Source: Epithemia pelagica
Lineage: Eukaryota > Protista > Bacillariophyta
Direction: 5' to 3'
Assembly: GCA_946965045.2 (NCBI GenBank)
Contig: OX337229.1
Coordinates: 4,464,001-4,528,000, forward strand
DNA: 64,000 nucleotides
Shown here: in pieces, positions 22,583 through 34,296 of the stretch
Position numbering within the stretch: the stretch's first letter is position 1
Layout: every line of letters starts with the position of its first letter
Program-made: the position numbers and the translations under genes
The notes under the pieces: generated by a model
The model's database searches: none
What the model saw: the letters and a program-made list of their open reading frames with translations, nothing else
What the model was told of the DNA's origin: nothing

Positions 22583-24685
22583 CTATTTCCGACTCGACTT
22601 CCAGGCCGCTTGCTGTTTCACATGTTTTTGCTGTTCCTTGACCAACTTCTTCATGGCCGATTTGGTCAATTCATTGCCCTCGGCATCGTGTGTCGGAATG
22701 CCCTTGTCATCAAATTTACTATATTTGCCCTTGAATTCGTCCCATTCACGAAACAAATTCACTGCTTCGATCAACATTCGTCGTTCCTTGGCTTCCATGG
22801 CCGCCCTGGTACCACTTCGTCGATCGTCCAATTTGGATTGTTCCGTCGCAGTCAACTTTTTCTTGGGACCTTCCTCCTTGAGAGATACAATGCGATTCAG
22901 CACAATGCGTCCTGTGGTGTTGGTTTCACAATTGTACGTTGTCTCGTAGTCCACGACAAAGTAGCCCATGCGTTCCAATTGAAAGGAGGGATTGGACTCC
23001 CATTCACTAACGGTCCTTCCATCAATGAGGGAGGCCGCCGATGGATCCAACATGGCCTTTTTGTAGACCACTTCGGATTCCGGATTGAGTTCCTCCATCC
23101 AACCAACCGAGGAAGGTTCCGGTACGAGAAAGAGAGGATTGTAGACTCGTACTTCACAAGTCAAACCATCCGAAGGGACCCAGGACAAGTAGGATTTCGG
23201 CTTGGCTCGCGACTCGGAGACATCTAAATGACATTCCAAGAAATCAGTAGTCTTGTCATTTTTCATGACCACCTTGTCACAGACCAAGTTTCCTCCATGA
23301 TATTTGAGTCCGACAGCTTTGTTGGGTGCCAACCCAAAATAGTCTGCATCGTCCTCCAATCGAAAGTCTGAGGAATCAATAAACACTTTGGAGGTTAACG
23401 TCACGGTATGGACCCCCAAATCTGGATTGGTGGGTGAATTGGCCACTTCAAAGGTGAGATTGGAGGAGGCGACGGCATCAAAATTGGTAATCACCACGGC
23501 AATGGGATCGAGGGCCGCCATAACTCGCCGACTTGTGTCACTCAACAAGACGCGCGCCGTCTGTTCCAATTTTTTTAGTTCCACCAGATTGGCAGCTCGT
23601 GTGGCTCCAATGTCTTGACAAAATTGATTGATAATCTGGGCCGTATATCCCCGTCGTCGCAACCCCGACACGGTGGGCATCCGACAGTCATTCCAGCCTC
23701 GGACAATCTTGTCCTGCACCAAGGTGATGAGTTTGCGTTTGCTCAAGACTGTTGCTTCGACATTTAAACGGGACATTTCGTACACCTTGGGACGGTACAA
23801 ATCCAAGGCCCACAAAATCCAATAGTAAGGTTCGCGACGAGATTCGAACTCCAAGGTACAAATGGAATAGTCAATGTGCTCGAGGGAATCGCAAATGCCA
23901 TGCGTGTAGTCGTAGGCTGGATAAATACACCATCCATTTCCAGCATGAGGATGCGGTGTATACTTGATACGGTAGGCAATCAAATCGTACATATTGGGAT
24001 TGGATGATTCAAAGTCCATTTTCAAGCGCAAGGTATAGGTGCCTTCATCAAAGAATCCCATTTTCATTTTATCAAAGAGCTCCAAGTTCCGTTCCACACT
24101 GGTATTTCGATTCCTGCCTGGGAGTAATGCTTCATCGAGCGGAAACTCCGCATCGGGATCGCGTCCGGAATTGCGACAATTGGCGCGATTCAAGGCCAAT
24201 TCTCGTTGCGCCCGGATTTCGTTGGCCGTCATATCGCACACATAGGCCAATCCCTTGCGAATGAGTTGCAAGGCAAATTGAAATAATTGCTCAAAGTTGT
24301 CACTACTATAGGTAGTCCGTTCTGGTTCCCATCCCAGCCATTTCAAATCTCGTTCAATACTGTCCATATATTCCTTGGATTCGGCATCCGGGTTGGTATC
24401 GTCGTAGCGGAAAATGGTTCGTCGATTGCTCACTTCGACACCCAATTTGTCAAAGGCCAAACGGAAATTCATATTCATGGATTTGGCATGACCAATGTGC
24501 AAATAGCCATTCGGTTCGGGTGGAAATCGGGTCCGTACCACCGTACCATTCACCGCCGAATGCGACTCGACCAAGGCCGCCGAGTTTTGCGCCCATTCCA
24601 ATTCTCGTCCTTGCAACACAGAAGGACCAGCTGCGGCATCGGAAGGCGGGCTGGTGGTGGTGGACGACGGTTCACTCGATGACAT
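22583..24685 (-). CDS. QARS1: Glutaminyl-tRNA synthetase with an unusual C-terminal extension
   Basis: Motifs RFPPEPNGYLHIGHAK, YDDTNP, YDYTHG, ICTLEFE, VLSKRKL and QLERMGYF. Single exon. Confidence 0.93.
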   Translation of the reverse strand: MSSSEPSSTTTSPPSDAAAGPSVLQGRELEWAQNSAALVESHSAVNGTVVRTRFPPEPNGYLHIGHAKSMNMNFRLAFDKLGVEVSNRRTIFRYDDTNPDAESKEYMDSIERDLKWLGWEPERTTYSSDNFEQLFQFALQLIRKGLAYVCDMTANEIRAQRELALNRANCRNSGRDPDAEFPLDEALLPGRNRNTSVERNLELFDKMKMGFFDEGTYTLRLKMDFESSNPNMYDLIAYRIKYTPHPHAGNGWCIYPAYDYTHGICDSLEHIDYSICTLEFESRREPYYWILWALDLYRPKVYEMSRLNVEATVLSKRKLITLVQDKIVRGWNDCRMPTVSGLRRRGYTAQIINQFCQDIGATRAANLVELKKLEQTARVLLSDTSRRVMAALDPIAVVITNFDAVASSNLTFEVANSPTNPDLGVHTVTLTSKVFIDSSDFRLEDDADYFGLAPNKAVGLKYHGGNLVCDKVVMKNDKTTDFLECHLDVSESRAKPKSYLSWVPSDGLTCEVRVYNPLFLVPEPSSVGWMEELNPESEVVYKKAMLDPSAASLIDGRTVSEWESNPSFQLERMGYFVVDYETTYNCETNTTGRIVLNRIVSLKEEGPKKKLTATEQSKLDDRRSGTRAAMEAKERRMLIEAVNLFREWDEFKGKYSKFDDKGIPTHDAEGNELTKSAMKKLVKEQQKHVKQQAAWKSSRK

Positions 24686-24903
24686 GGTTACAATAGTTCG
24701 TTCCTTCGTTCGTCGGTCAATGGTTGTAGACGGATATGGCGAAGAGACAAGCTTCAAAGAGGCCAAGAAAGCCAATGATCCTCTCAGTTTGTGGCGCAGA
24801 CGTTCATTCACGTTTGTCATTCACGTTTGGGACGGGTTCTGAGCCACACGTCTCCAAATTCTTTTCGGGTCGCTCGTCGCTCGCTCGACCTTTCGGTCGC
24901 GCT

Positions 24904-25208
24904 TAGAGGTTGGACCCGCGAGCTCAAATCAATGCGGGTAGGATACCCGCGCAACCCAGCCTTTGCGGTTCCAAATACCCGCGTGTTCCGCAGTTCCGCA
25001 CCACTATTGGATTTTATGTACTCTGAACAAATTTGACGTACGGGCGGTCAGACCTCGAAAGCAACAAATCGGTGCACCCCGCCTTTACTGTGCGTAGGTG
25101 CGAGTAGCGCGGATCGGACCCGCCAGTCTCTTTCGTCGCGGTTCCAGGGATCAGCACCGCGGATCCGCGGATCCGATCCGCAGCACCGCGATGCGGGTCC
25201 AACCTCTA
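24904..25208. mobile_element. Non-autonomous hAT-type MITE (305 bp)
   Basis: Perfect 16-bp TIRs TAGAGGTTGGACCCGC (24904-24919 and 25193-25208). 8-bp TSD GTCGCGCT at 24896-24903 and 25209-25216. Subterminal GCGGATC/ACCCGC repeats. No coding capacity. Confidence 0.92.
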
Positions 25209-25780
25209 GTCGCGCTGTGTCTTTCGTCGGCTGGCATCCATGGAATTTGGAATTTGGAAGAACAAAGAAGACAGAAACAAGCTGCATCTGGATGCAAGTC
25301 TTCGGCCACCGAGCCACCTACAAACAAGAGATATAGTCATACTGTATACTCTATACAAACCCACAGGCCGAAGGGAACACGGCAAGTCCATCTTCAAGTC
25401 CCTTCGGCAGACAACAGACAACGCCGCGAAAACCAAACCGAAGTCTGATCTTTTGAGAGCTTCTTTCGATCTCCACAAGCATTGCACCAGTGACAACTCC
25501 TTCGCTTTGTTTGGTGTTGTCTCTGTGTTGTTTTGGTTCTTGTAGTGTTTCCTCAAACTCTCTGGTTGGGTTCTTTTCGTTGGGTTGGGTTTCCCCCGTC
25601 GGCCATCATCCTTGTGAGGGTTTTCCCATCCAATCCAGGTTCTCGTTGTGCCTTCCAGACCACACACACAAAACCAAAACCAGAACCAGAGCCCCTTGTC
25701 ACTCTCTGTCACTCCGACACAAGACTACACAAGGCTTGTTGTTCTTATTCTTTTTCCATTGATCTAGTAGTATTTACACA

Positions 25781-28700
25781 ATGCTCCAACCGTTTACCCC
25801 CTTTATGAATCTTTACGATACCTTTCCCAATGTCGATGACGACGACGAGGAAGACTACCACGACGACGACCAAAGACTGGAACCTTTGGATTCGCAAGTA
25901 CCGCAAGATGATCCCCAAGACCATACGAGAATCATACGAGCTGCCATGCGGCACTCGCAAGTATGGAGCTTGTTTTGTTCCAAATTATTTCTCTGTTGGA
26001 TCTCCACCCTCTTGATTGTCTACCTCATCACGTGGCATTCCGTCTACACACCACCCGGCGTATCCACTCAAACGACGACGACGACGACAAGTCCGTCGTT
26101 TGCTCACTCTCCTCCCACCACTACTTCCACCACCCAGAAATGGCATGTTCCCTGGAAATGGTCACATCATCCTCGTGCACAATCGTCGGGAAAATCCACG
26201 CCACAACTGTTGCAATTGACAGGCTTATATTGGGGAGATGATGACAAGACTGCAGGAGAAAACCAAGAGGAGACCAAGGCTTCCAATCCTCCTGCCGTGG
26301 TGGTTCAATCTTGGAATGCGTCCCTGGTAGCTCCACAAACACAACAGCAGCCGCAGGGAGGTGGATCATTATCACCCACCTCAACAAGAAGAGATGGGAC
26401 CCTCTCTTCCCACTCGTATCGAAGGATGGAGCATCCTCGTTCATTAACCTGGAGGAGAAGTAGTACCTTGACACAACTCATGACTCGTTGGTTTGGCCGA
26501 TCTCAATCACAAGAGTTTTCCTTGGTCCATTATTCGGTTCCTCAGCAACACCCTTCATCCTCTTCCTCTGCTTCTCCTCCCCTTCATTCGGGTCTTTCTT
26601 CTCATTCCGTCAGTACCAATGCGGACTCAACCACAAGTCAAGAAGAAGGAACACGATTTCGTCCCTCTCGGCATGAAATGGACCAGGAACAATATCTCAC
26701 CTTTACCGAACCACAACCCATCATTCCAACGACAGAAGCCAGCGGAATGTCAGCCCTTGTGGCGTCCGAAACCACCTACCAGGATCCAGAGCAACCATCA
26801 ACAACAACAACAACAACCGCATCACCCGATCAAGCGTCTGACGGGAGTAGTGATGACCAGGACGAGCAAGATGATTCTACTCCACAAGTCAAGAATCCAG
26901 CCGTCTATGGATGGACCCCGTCAGCCTTTCCTAATCCAATGACCAACCCCATTCGGTGTGCCATTGCCTATTTGCCACAATTTATGGACCATCCACCACC
27001 ATCGCGTGACAATGGAGAAATGATTTCTCCCATGGCAATCTCCTTGCAACAGCAGCAACAGTCGGTGTCCACGTATAATGAGGAGGAAGGATCTATTTCG
27101 GCAGCTCATCCACTTCGATTATGTGACCCCGATTGGGTTTTGGGAGGCAGTTATTTGGAACAAATTGCCGTGGCCATGAACAACTTTACCACCTTTTTTG
27201 GCAAGGAACATCATGACGAAATGGTACAACAACGAGAACAAGAGTTGCAAGAACAACCCAACCACCATTATCCTCGATTAAGACCGCAATCCTCGCCCAT
27301 TTGGGTGGTTCCCTGGGCCGATTTAGCCTTGGCCACGGCACGTAAAATGGATTTGACCGCCGTCTTGCGTGATAGTTCCTACTATGCCTATGAAGATGAA
27401 GACGATATGGTCAATGATGCGGCACAATTGTTTGCTCATGGATTGCATGATGCCTGGTGGCCCACGACATCGTCGTCATCATTGGACGAAAATGGAGACA
27501 ACAATGAGGAGGAGGATGACGCCTTAGTCTTGGCGGAAAATGGCATTTTGATTTTCTTATCCATTCAAGATCGAGTGTGTTTCATATGCACTGGCCCAGC
27601 GATTACACCGGTTTTGCCCTGGTGGCGATTGGACCATATTATTACCTCCATGAAACCAGCGTTGCGCGATCGTGATTTTGGTGCGGCAATTCTAGAGGCT
27701 GTGGCCAATCTCAGTGCCATGCTCCAATCCGGTCCACCCAGTATGATGGATCGATTGCATGACTTTTGTTCTCGCTTTGGCGTGGTCATTTTATTTGCCA
27801 CCTTTACCTTTTTCTTTGGTGCTTGGGGAGAATACCGAGATCGCCGAAAACGATTTCAATTTGCCGAAGAACGGAGTCAACTCAAGGGTGTGGACCGAGA
27901 AAAAGCCTGTCTGCTACAACAAGGATACAAAACAACTACCTGTCCCATTTGTCTAGAACCCTTTCTGTCGGACAAAGCAACAATTCTCTCGGACCATTCC
28001 TTGCACGATGAGGAGGATGAGAGCAACAACAGTGACTTGCACACGGTCATTTCCAATGAGACAGAAGAGGGTGGTACCACACCCCTGTCCCTCACGAGGA
28101 GGAACCGTTGTGGCAATCCGGCCGCCACACCATCTCCACAAGACAACAAGGGTGTGGATAGTTATGGGATTCCGTTGTTGGGGGCGGATGGGAAACGTAT
28201 CAAAATGCTGCGTTGTGGACATATTTTTTGCGATTCCTGTTGGAGATCCTGGGTTCATTGTAAGTTACCGACTCATCGAATGTGGGTCCTGTTTGTTTCT
28301 CTTGTCTTGAACCTCACGCTTGATTTCACCGTACTGCTAATTTAATGTATTGTATCACAGCGGGCTGTGGAAATCCTTGCAACTGTCCAGTATGCCGGCA
28401 GGACATCGGAAAAGGTGAGGGAATTTTTAAGCGTGTTGTTGTTATTGTCGTTTAGCACGTGATGCTGATCCTATTGCTTTGCGGCGTGAATCCTTGTTGT
28501 TCCAGCGCCACGAACTTATCGTCGCCTGTCGTCGCAACGACGACGAAGCACCGAGGGGGGAAACTCTATGGCCACTCCTGACGTTAGTAGCGGCACACCG
28601 CAGTCGTCACGGCAAAGACGAGCCAACCATACCGTTTGGGAAGCTCATCCCTCGTATGACTCCATGGTGATAACCCGGTTGGCGTCACCCGTCATTTTAA

Positions 28701-28846
28701 ATGCCACACCGGGGAGGTTATTGGCACCGTCGGCTCTTACTTCCGCCACCATGACCTCGAATGCTGGTCGGATGAATGATGACAACAGTCAGGATCATAC
28801 CAGGGACGAAACACAACCACTTCTCAATCGCACTCCGTCCGTGTGA
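25781..28846 (+). CDS. Membrane protein with TPM-like domain and C3HC4 RING finger (3 exons: 25781-28259, 28341-28395, 28506-28846)
   Basis: The TPM pattern is NGILIFLSIQDRVCFICTG...MKPALRDRDFGAAILEAV, followed by a TM helix. The RING CPIC...CGHIFCDSC...CPVC is completed by splicing. Confidence 0.8.
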
Positions 28847-29211
28847 CGGTTTGAGCGAGCAGCGGTCAAAAATGTGAGCTATTTACTACGAGGCGGTCTC
28901 CCTGCATTGGAATTCATGCACGAGCTCCTCGCTATAAGATGCTTCCTAAGATGCAAGCATTCCATGAAAGTGATTGGTTAAGTGTAGCTGATAAAAAACT
29001 ACTTTCCACTACCAGCTGGTACTAATTACTTAATGCAACCATAATTGCATAGGAGTAGTTTATGCGTATTTCGTTTCCGTTGCTACCCTGGAGTCATTGG
29101 AAGTTTCCATTCATTGATGGCTGTGTTCTTCATCTCCCAAGCTGCAAAATCGGGTTGTTCCTGTTCTTACAATGAAATTTACTAGGAAACACTTCATCGG
29201 GCCCGAAAATG

Positions 29212-30202
29212 CTAATTACCACCAGCAGCTGCACGAAGCATCTCTTGGAAAAAAGCGTGCTCAAGTGCCTGACTGGCAGTTATACGCTTTCCCGGGTCGT
29301 ACTGAAGCATGCGAGAGAGAAGATCTACTCCATCCGGAGGTAGAGTGGGCACCAAACTCGCCAAGCCACTGGAGGGTGATGGGTAATTCTTACTGCTGTC
29401 TCCCAATAGTGTTGCATATTCAGGCAATTCAGCCAATGCAGGATAATCTTGAAGGGTCGGAGTTCCCAGCAGTCGAAAGATACGATCCAGTTGGTCTTGC
29501 TCCGATGTCCCCGCCACCAAGGGTCGTCCATTGGCCATTTCGGCAAATATGCAACCAACGGACCAAATATCAACCGGTGTGCTATACTTTCGACTCCCCA
29601 TCAGAACATCTGGTGCTCTGTACCAAAGCGTTACTACCTCATGGGTGTAACTTCGAACTGGAATCCCAAATGCTCGAGCCAATCCGAAATCGGCCAATTT
29701 CAGTTGACCCTCCCGATTTATTAGTAGATTGGGTGGTTTCAGGTCTCTGTGCAACACCCTGTGATGGTGACAATACGCGACTTTGAACACACACATCCAA
29801 GAGATAAGGTATACGGTGGTCACGCAAAAATGAGAAAGAGAGAGGGGAACACCTACCTCCAGTAAGCAATTGATAGAGAAAGGATTTGAGGATGGGAAGA
29901 TCCAACCCTGTTTCGCAAATATCCAGGTACTTTTTCAAATCTTGATCCAAGAATTCAAACACCAGCGTCAGTTTGCGCTCCGTATGAACGACATCGTATA
30001 AGCGAACAATATTGGGATGTTGCAGTTCTTTCAAGAGTGAAATTTCCCGAATCGCTGTGCTCGGAATTCCTTCATCTTCTGCTTCCAACCGAATCTTTTT
30101 CAGTGCCACAACTTCACCGGTGACCCGATCCTTGGCCTTGTACACAACCCCATAGGTCCCCTCTCCAATCTTTTCCATTTTCTGGTAACGTTCCATTTTC
30201 AT
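29212..30202 (-). CDS. CDKA: Cyclin-dependent kinase A (PSTAIRE) (2 exons: 30202-29857, 29780-29212)
   Basis: Motifs [28 protein letters not shown] and [12 protein letters not shown]. Intron at 29856-29781. Confidence 0.97.
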
Positions 30203-30768
30203 TCAATCTCGTCGGAAAAACTCGTTCTCGCGTCAAAGGTGGTGGTGCCGATTCGCACTTGGCAGCACGTAAGAGATTTTGTACTTCTCTTCTCTTGAGA
30301 AGAACTTGCCTGTGACACTGCAACAGTCGCTGTCACCCAATGGATGGAACCAGCTTTTGTTGGTTTGCCTTCGTGGCAAAGGAACAATGGAAAGGCCGAA
30401 AACACGCCAACTCAAGAGAAGAAACGATAAAGACGACTCTTGAAAGATGCGCTTTGATTTTGAGTTGGATCTACATCCACGATCCACATCACCGGTTGAC
30501 GACAGTTTGTATGAGCTGCAGTGTAGTATGCGCGCGCGATGGAAGCAGGGCAATTTCGACGCGGGACTCCACTAGCTCCACTACGAAGATCTACTCCTAC
30601 AAGACGTTGTCAATGAGCTCATCCATCACCGTCATGTCACACATCAGCAGCAGCAGAATCGTCAATGCGCTCCCAGTGTTGACAATGATACAACCACGTC
30701 TCCATTTGCATGCCATATCGGTGGGTTGACATATACAATAGGATTTTGTTTCTTCAAGGACGAACGGC

Positions 30769-33700
30769 TTGGAGATCCAGAGAATATCGTCTACTGTGGA
30801 GAACCAACCAACAACAACTACAGATCAGAAATCATCATCATTTGGCGCTGTCCTGTCGCCCATACCACCTCATCGTTCACTCGAATTACTGAAAGGGCCC
30901 AAAGAAAAGCTTAGTCGACTTTCCATTGAAAGAATGCAAGCCGGAAAACCTATTCGTGTTTTGGTGAAGAACAGCTCCGACACAGTGAAGGAAAATGGTG
31001 AAGTGGAAGATGTTGGAGGGAAACCATCCGCCGCATCTTTTCGCAACAACCGAACGAGCAGTTCTTCCATCACCGACCAGCAGCCGTCAGTTGGGAAAAA
31101 TCGGAAACGCGGAAATCGAGGCGAATCTTTGTCAGCCACGGTTGCACAACCAATAACAGGCAGTGGAGAAAAAACAAATCGCAGTGGCAAAGGAAAGCCT
31201 AACTTTTCGAAAAGTCGAAAACCCAAATATGATGTGGTTCATCTCATTGATCTGGCTCCAGAGCTCGGGAACGCTGGTAACAGGAAACAGCGGGATTCAC
31301 AACCGAAAAAAGCGGCAAACAAACAAGAAGTATCAGGGCAGACGAAAAAAGACACAAGAGGGCCTGACCGTTCGTACAATCAACCATCGAATCTAAAGCC
31401 GAGACAGGCGCCTCAGCGTTCTCTGAAGCAAAACCCTGCTGCCAATAAAAAGAGCACATCGGATAATCCTCATCCTGTCCTAAGTATGGATGATTTTCCT
31501 CAGTTACCAGTGAGTGAAAAAAGTGAAGCTCGTCTCAATCCTTTGGCTCGACCATGGACACAACATGGTCACATCCCAGTGCCATCGAATATCGCTGAAA
31601 CGAAAAATTCGATTCTTCCTTCAAAGTCAAACTCAAAAGAAACTCAAAAGAATCGGTCTGGAACAGCAGATTCACGGAGCGGGAAGCTTCAAAATTTGGG
31701 TAACAAGTCTGTAACCAACGAACAGATCAAGAAGAAGGACCACACGGTGAAGACCGAAACGCAGCAGCGGGCTCCTGAGAAACATGCATCATCGGGAAAG
31801 ATGAAGGGGAGCAAAACCACACCATCATCAACTGCGGCGGTTTCGTTATCAGATATGTTTGCGGCCAAGCAAAGAGCGCCTGTTTCAAATGAGGATCATA
31901 CGGGAGGCGATGCATTACAGCTTGTACGATTAATGATGGAAGGGAAGGTTGCAACTTCACATAGGGGCCATGGTCATCGACAACGGATTGGACCGAGGAA
32001 AAAGAAATTCAGTACTCTCAAAAAGCACGTCCTCAAAGAACGTTTGCTAAAGTGGCAGCTTCAGAATGCTTCAAAGGTTCCGGAGAAAACAGCTCAGGTC
32101 CAAGGCGAGGAGAGTGGTGGTGTGGCGCCAACCAAAGAAAATTCGACAGCAACCACCATTTGTATACTGGGATTCGCAGAACCCGATCTGATAGAGGATG
32201 AAGATGAGTATGAAGAACTGGTCAGAAACCTAGAAGACATGGCGAAAGAAATTGGACAATACAGAACAATCTTCATACCTCGGCAAAATCTGCAAATACA
32301 AGTAAGCTCACCGATGGAGTCACCGCAGCATCCTGCCTTTGTTCGCTTTACGGATGTAAGAGAAGCGGAAGCAGCTTTGTCTTGTTGGAATGGTTTAACA
32401 ATGGGTGGTAAGCCTTTGCTCGTGGATCGCGTCACACATATATCTGGTGGAGACGAAGATGCTGGTGCCTCGAGTGAGGACTCATCGAAATGGGAAAAGG
32501 ACTGTGAGGATTGGTATACCCGAGGTTCCCTTCCTCCATTGAAAGAGGAAGCTAGCAGCATAGCACAAGTACTTCTGCAGGATGTCCTGACAGAAGATGA
32601 TTTGGACGACGAAGACTGCCTCGAAGAGAGTTTAGAGGACATTCGCAAGATGGCTGAACAGCACGGTCTGGTCAACGAAATCCGAGCGGACAGAGCGTCT
32701 AAATCAGTTACAATCATCTTTGATCCCTCCGCTTCTGGCGCTGATACGGCAAGGAAAGCAGCGGATAATTTCGGAAAGACCATTCTTGGTGGGTCATCGA
32801 TTATTGCACGGCTCCAACAGCCTAACGAGCGCAGTTCAATTCTGTTGAAGAATGTCTTTTCAGAGGAAGACTTGGATGACGAAGACTGTATGGAAGAAAG
32901 TTTGGCGGATCTGCGTGAGCTGGCAAGCAAATATGGCCATGTTGCGTCGATTGAGCCCGTCGAGAACACTGCGGACGCTATGGTTAATTTCTTGGGTCCA
33001 GAGAAAGTTGCTCAGGCCGCTCGTTCGGGTTTCCAAGGAATGGTTATTGGCGGCGCAGAAGTTGCAGCCGTCGTTCTCGGTGTCAACGAAGGGGGTACTG
33101 ACGTACCAGCAGACAACATGTCTTTATTAGAGTCAGCTGGTACTACAGAGTACAAAGATGAACCATCAAGTGACTCATCACCAACACCGCCATCGCAGCT
33201 GTTTTCTGGGGAGAAACTTATAGGTGAGAGATGGGCCGAATGCAAACGGGCTTCCAAAATTCCAAACGGTAGCAATCCACGGAGATATGCGACGCTTGTT
33301 GACGATGAAACGACGAAGCCTCTTCTCGTTGAACTGTTGAGTGAATTGATGAGACTTCAAAAAAGAGCTGTTGAAGAAGATAAGAACACGAAAGCAAAAA
33401 GACGGTTGGTTCTAGGGCTTCGGGAAGTTGCGCGAGGCATTCGAACCAAGAAAGTAAAAATGGTGGTCATGGCCAACAACTTGGACGAATATGGTGCGAT
33501 TGACGATAAGCTTCAAGAAATTCTGGATCTAGCCTATCACGAATCCATCCCTGTTTTCTTTGAATTCAGTAAGAGGGGGCTTGGAAAAGCTATTGGTAAA
33601 ACAATCAAAATAGCTGTTGTCGGGTAGGTTCCTTGTGCAATTACACCATGTGAACGATGTATTCAATGACATCTCACACCTTTCGTTTGACACTTTCCAG

Positions 33701-33782
33701 TATCCAAAATCCAGAGGGGGCTCACCAAACTTTTAAGAAACTTCTGAGATTGCAGCCCTCTTATGTACCTGCGCATAGTTGA
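30769..33782 (+). CDS. SECISBP2: SECIS-binding protein 2-like (SID motif and L7Ae domain) with three inserted UHM/RRM domains (last intron 33624-33700; 5' end uncertain)
   Basis: SID-like KKKFSTLKKHVLKER. SBP2-type ELLSELMRLQKR...KAKRRLVLGLREV...VVGIQNPEGAHQTFKKL. The ORF starts at TTG and the first ATG is at about 30934. Confidence 0.85.
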
Positions 33783-34296
33783 ATGACGGAAAGCAGGGTA
33801 TCGGGCTCATTCTCGTGCGCCCCATGTTTTCTGGATGTGTTAAAAGTTACGAGGATTGCTCGACCGCGCTGTTTTCCAAAGAGCGTTCCTTTGATGATTC
33901 GTTATCCGGTTAGCATGTGTGGATGCGGCACTTGAAACAAAGATGTTCATAAACACAGATTGTTACCACTATGTTATTTGCTTAATACGTCACTTGACCG
34001 AAAAATGCGGTAACGAAAAGGTTTGGAATATCATCGTCCCCTATATAGAAAATGGACAAACAGCATGACACCACGCGTCCGAAAGAAAGTAGACCAATAA
34101 GCTTTCTCAATCAACAAGGCGAGGTTGGGCTCGGCATCAAGCTTCGTGGCATGACAAGAACGCCCAACTTCGCTTGGCGCCAATTATCAGGGTCCTGATA
34201 GACAACGGCCCTGGGATTGCTTTGTATTAAAAAAAAAGCCTGCTTATTGTTTGTGGTAGTCTGGTGATCGCAAATGTTCTCAAAAGAACGTTGATC

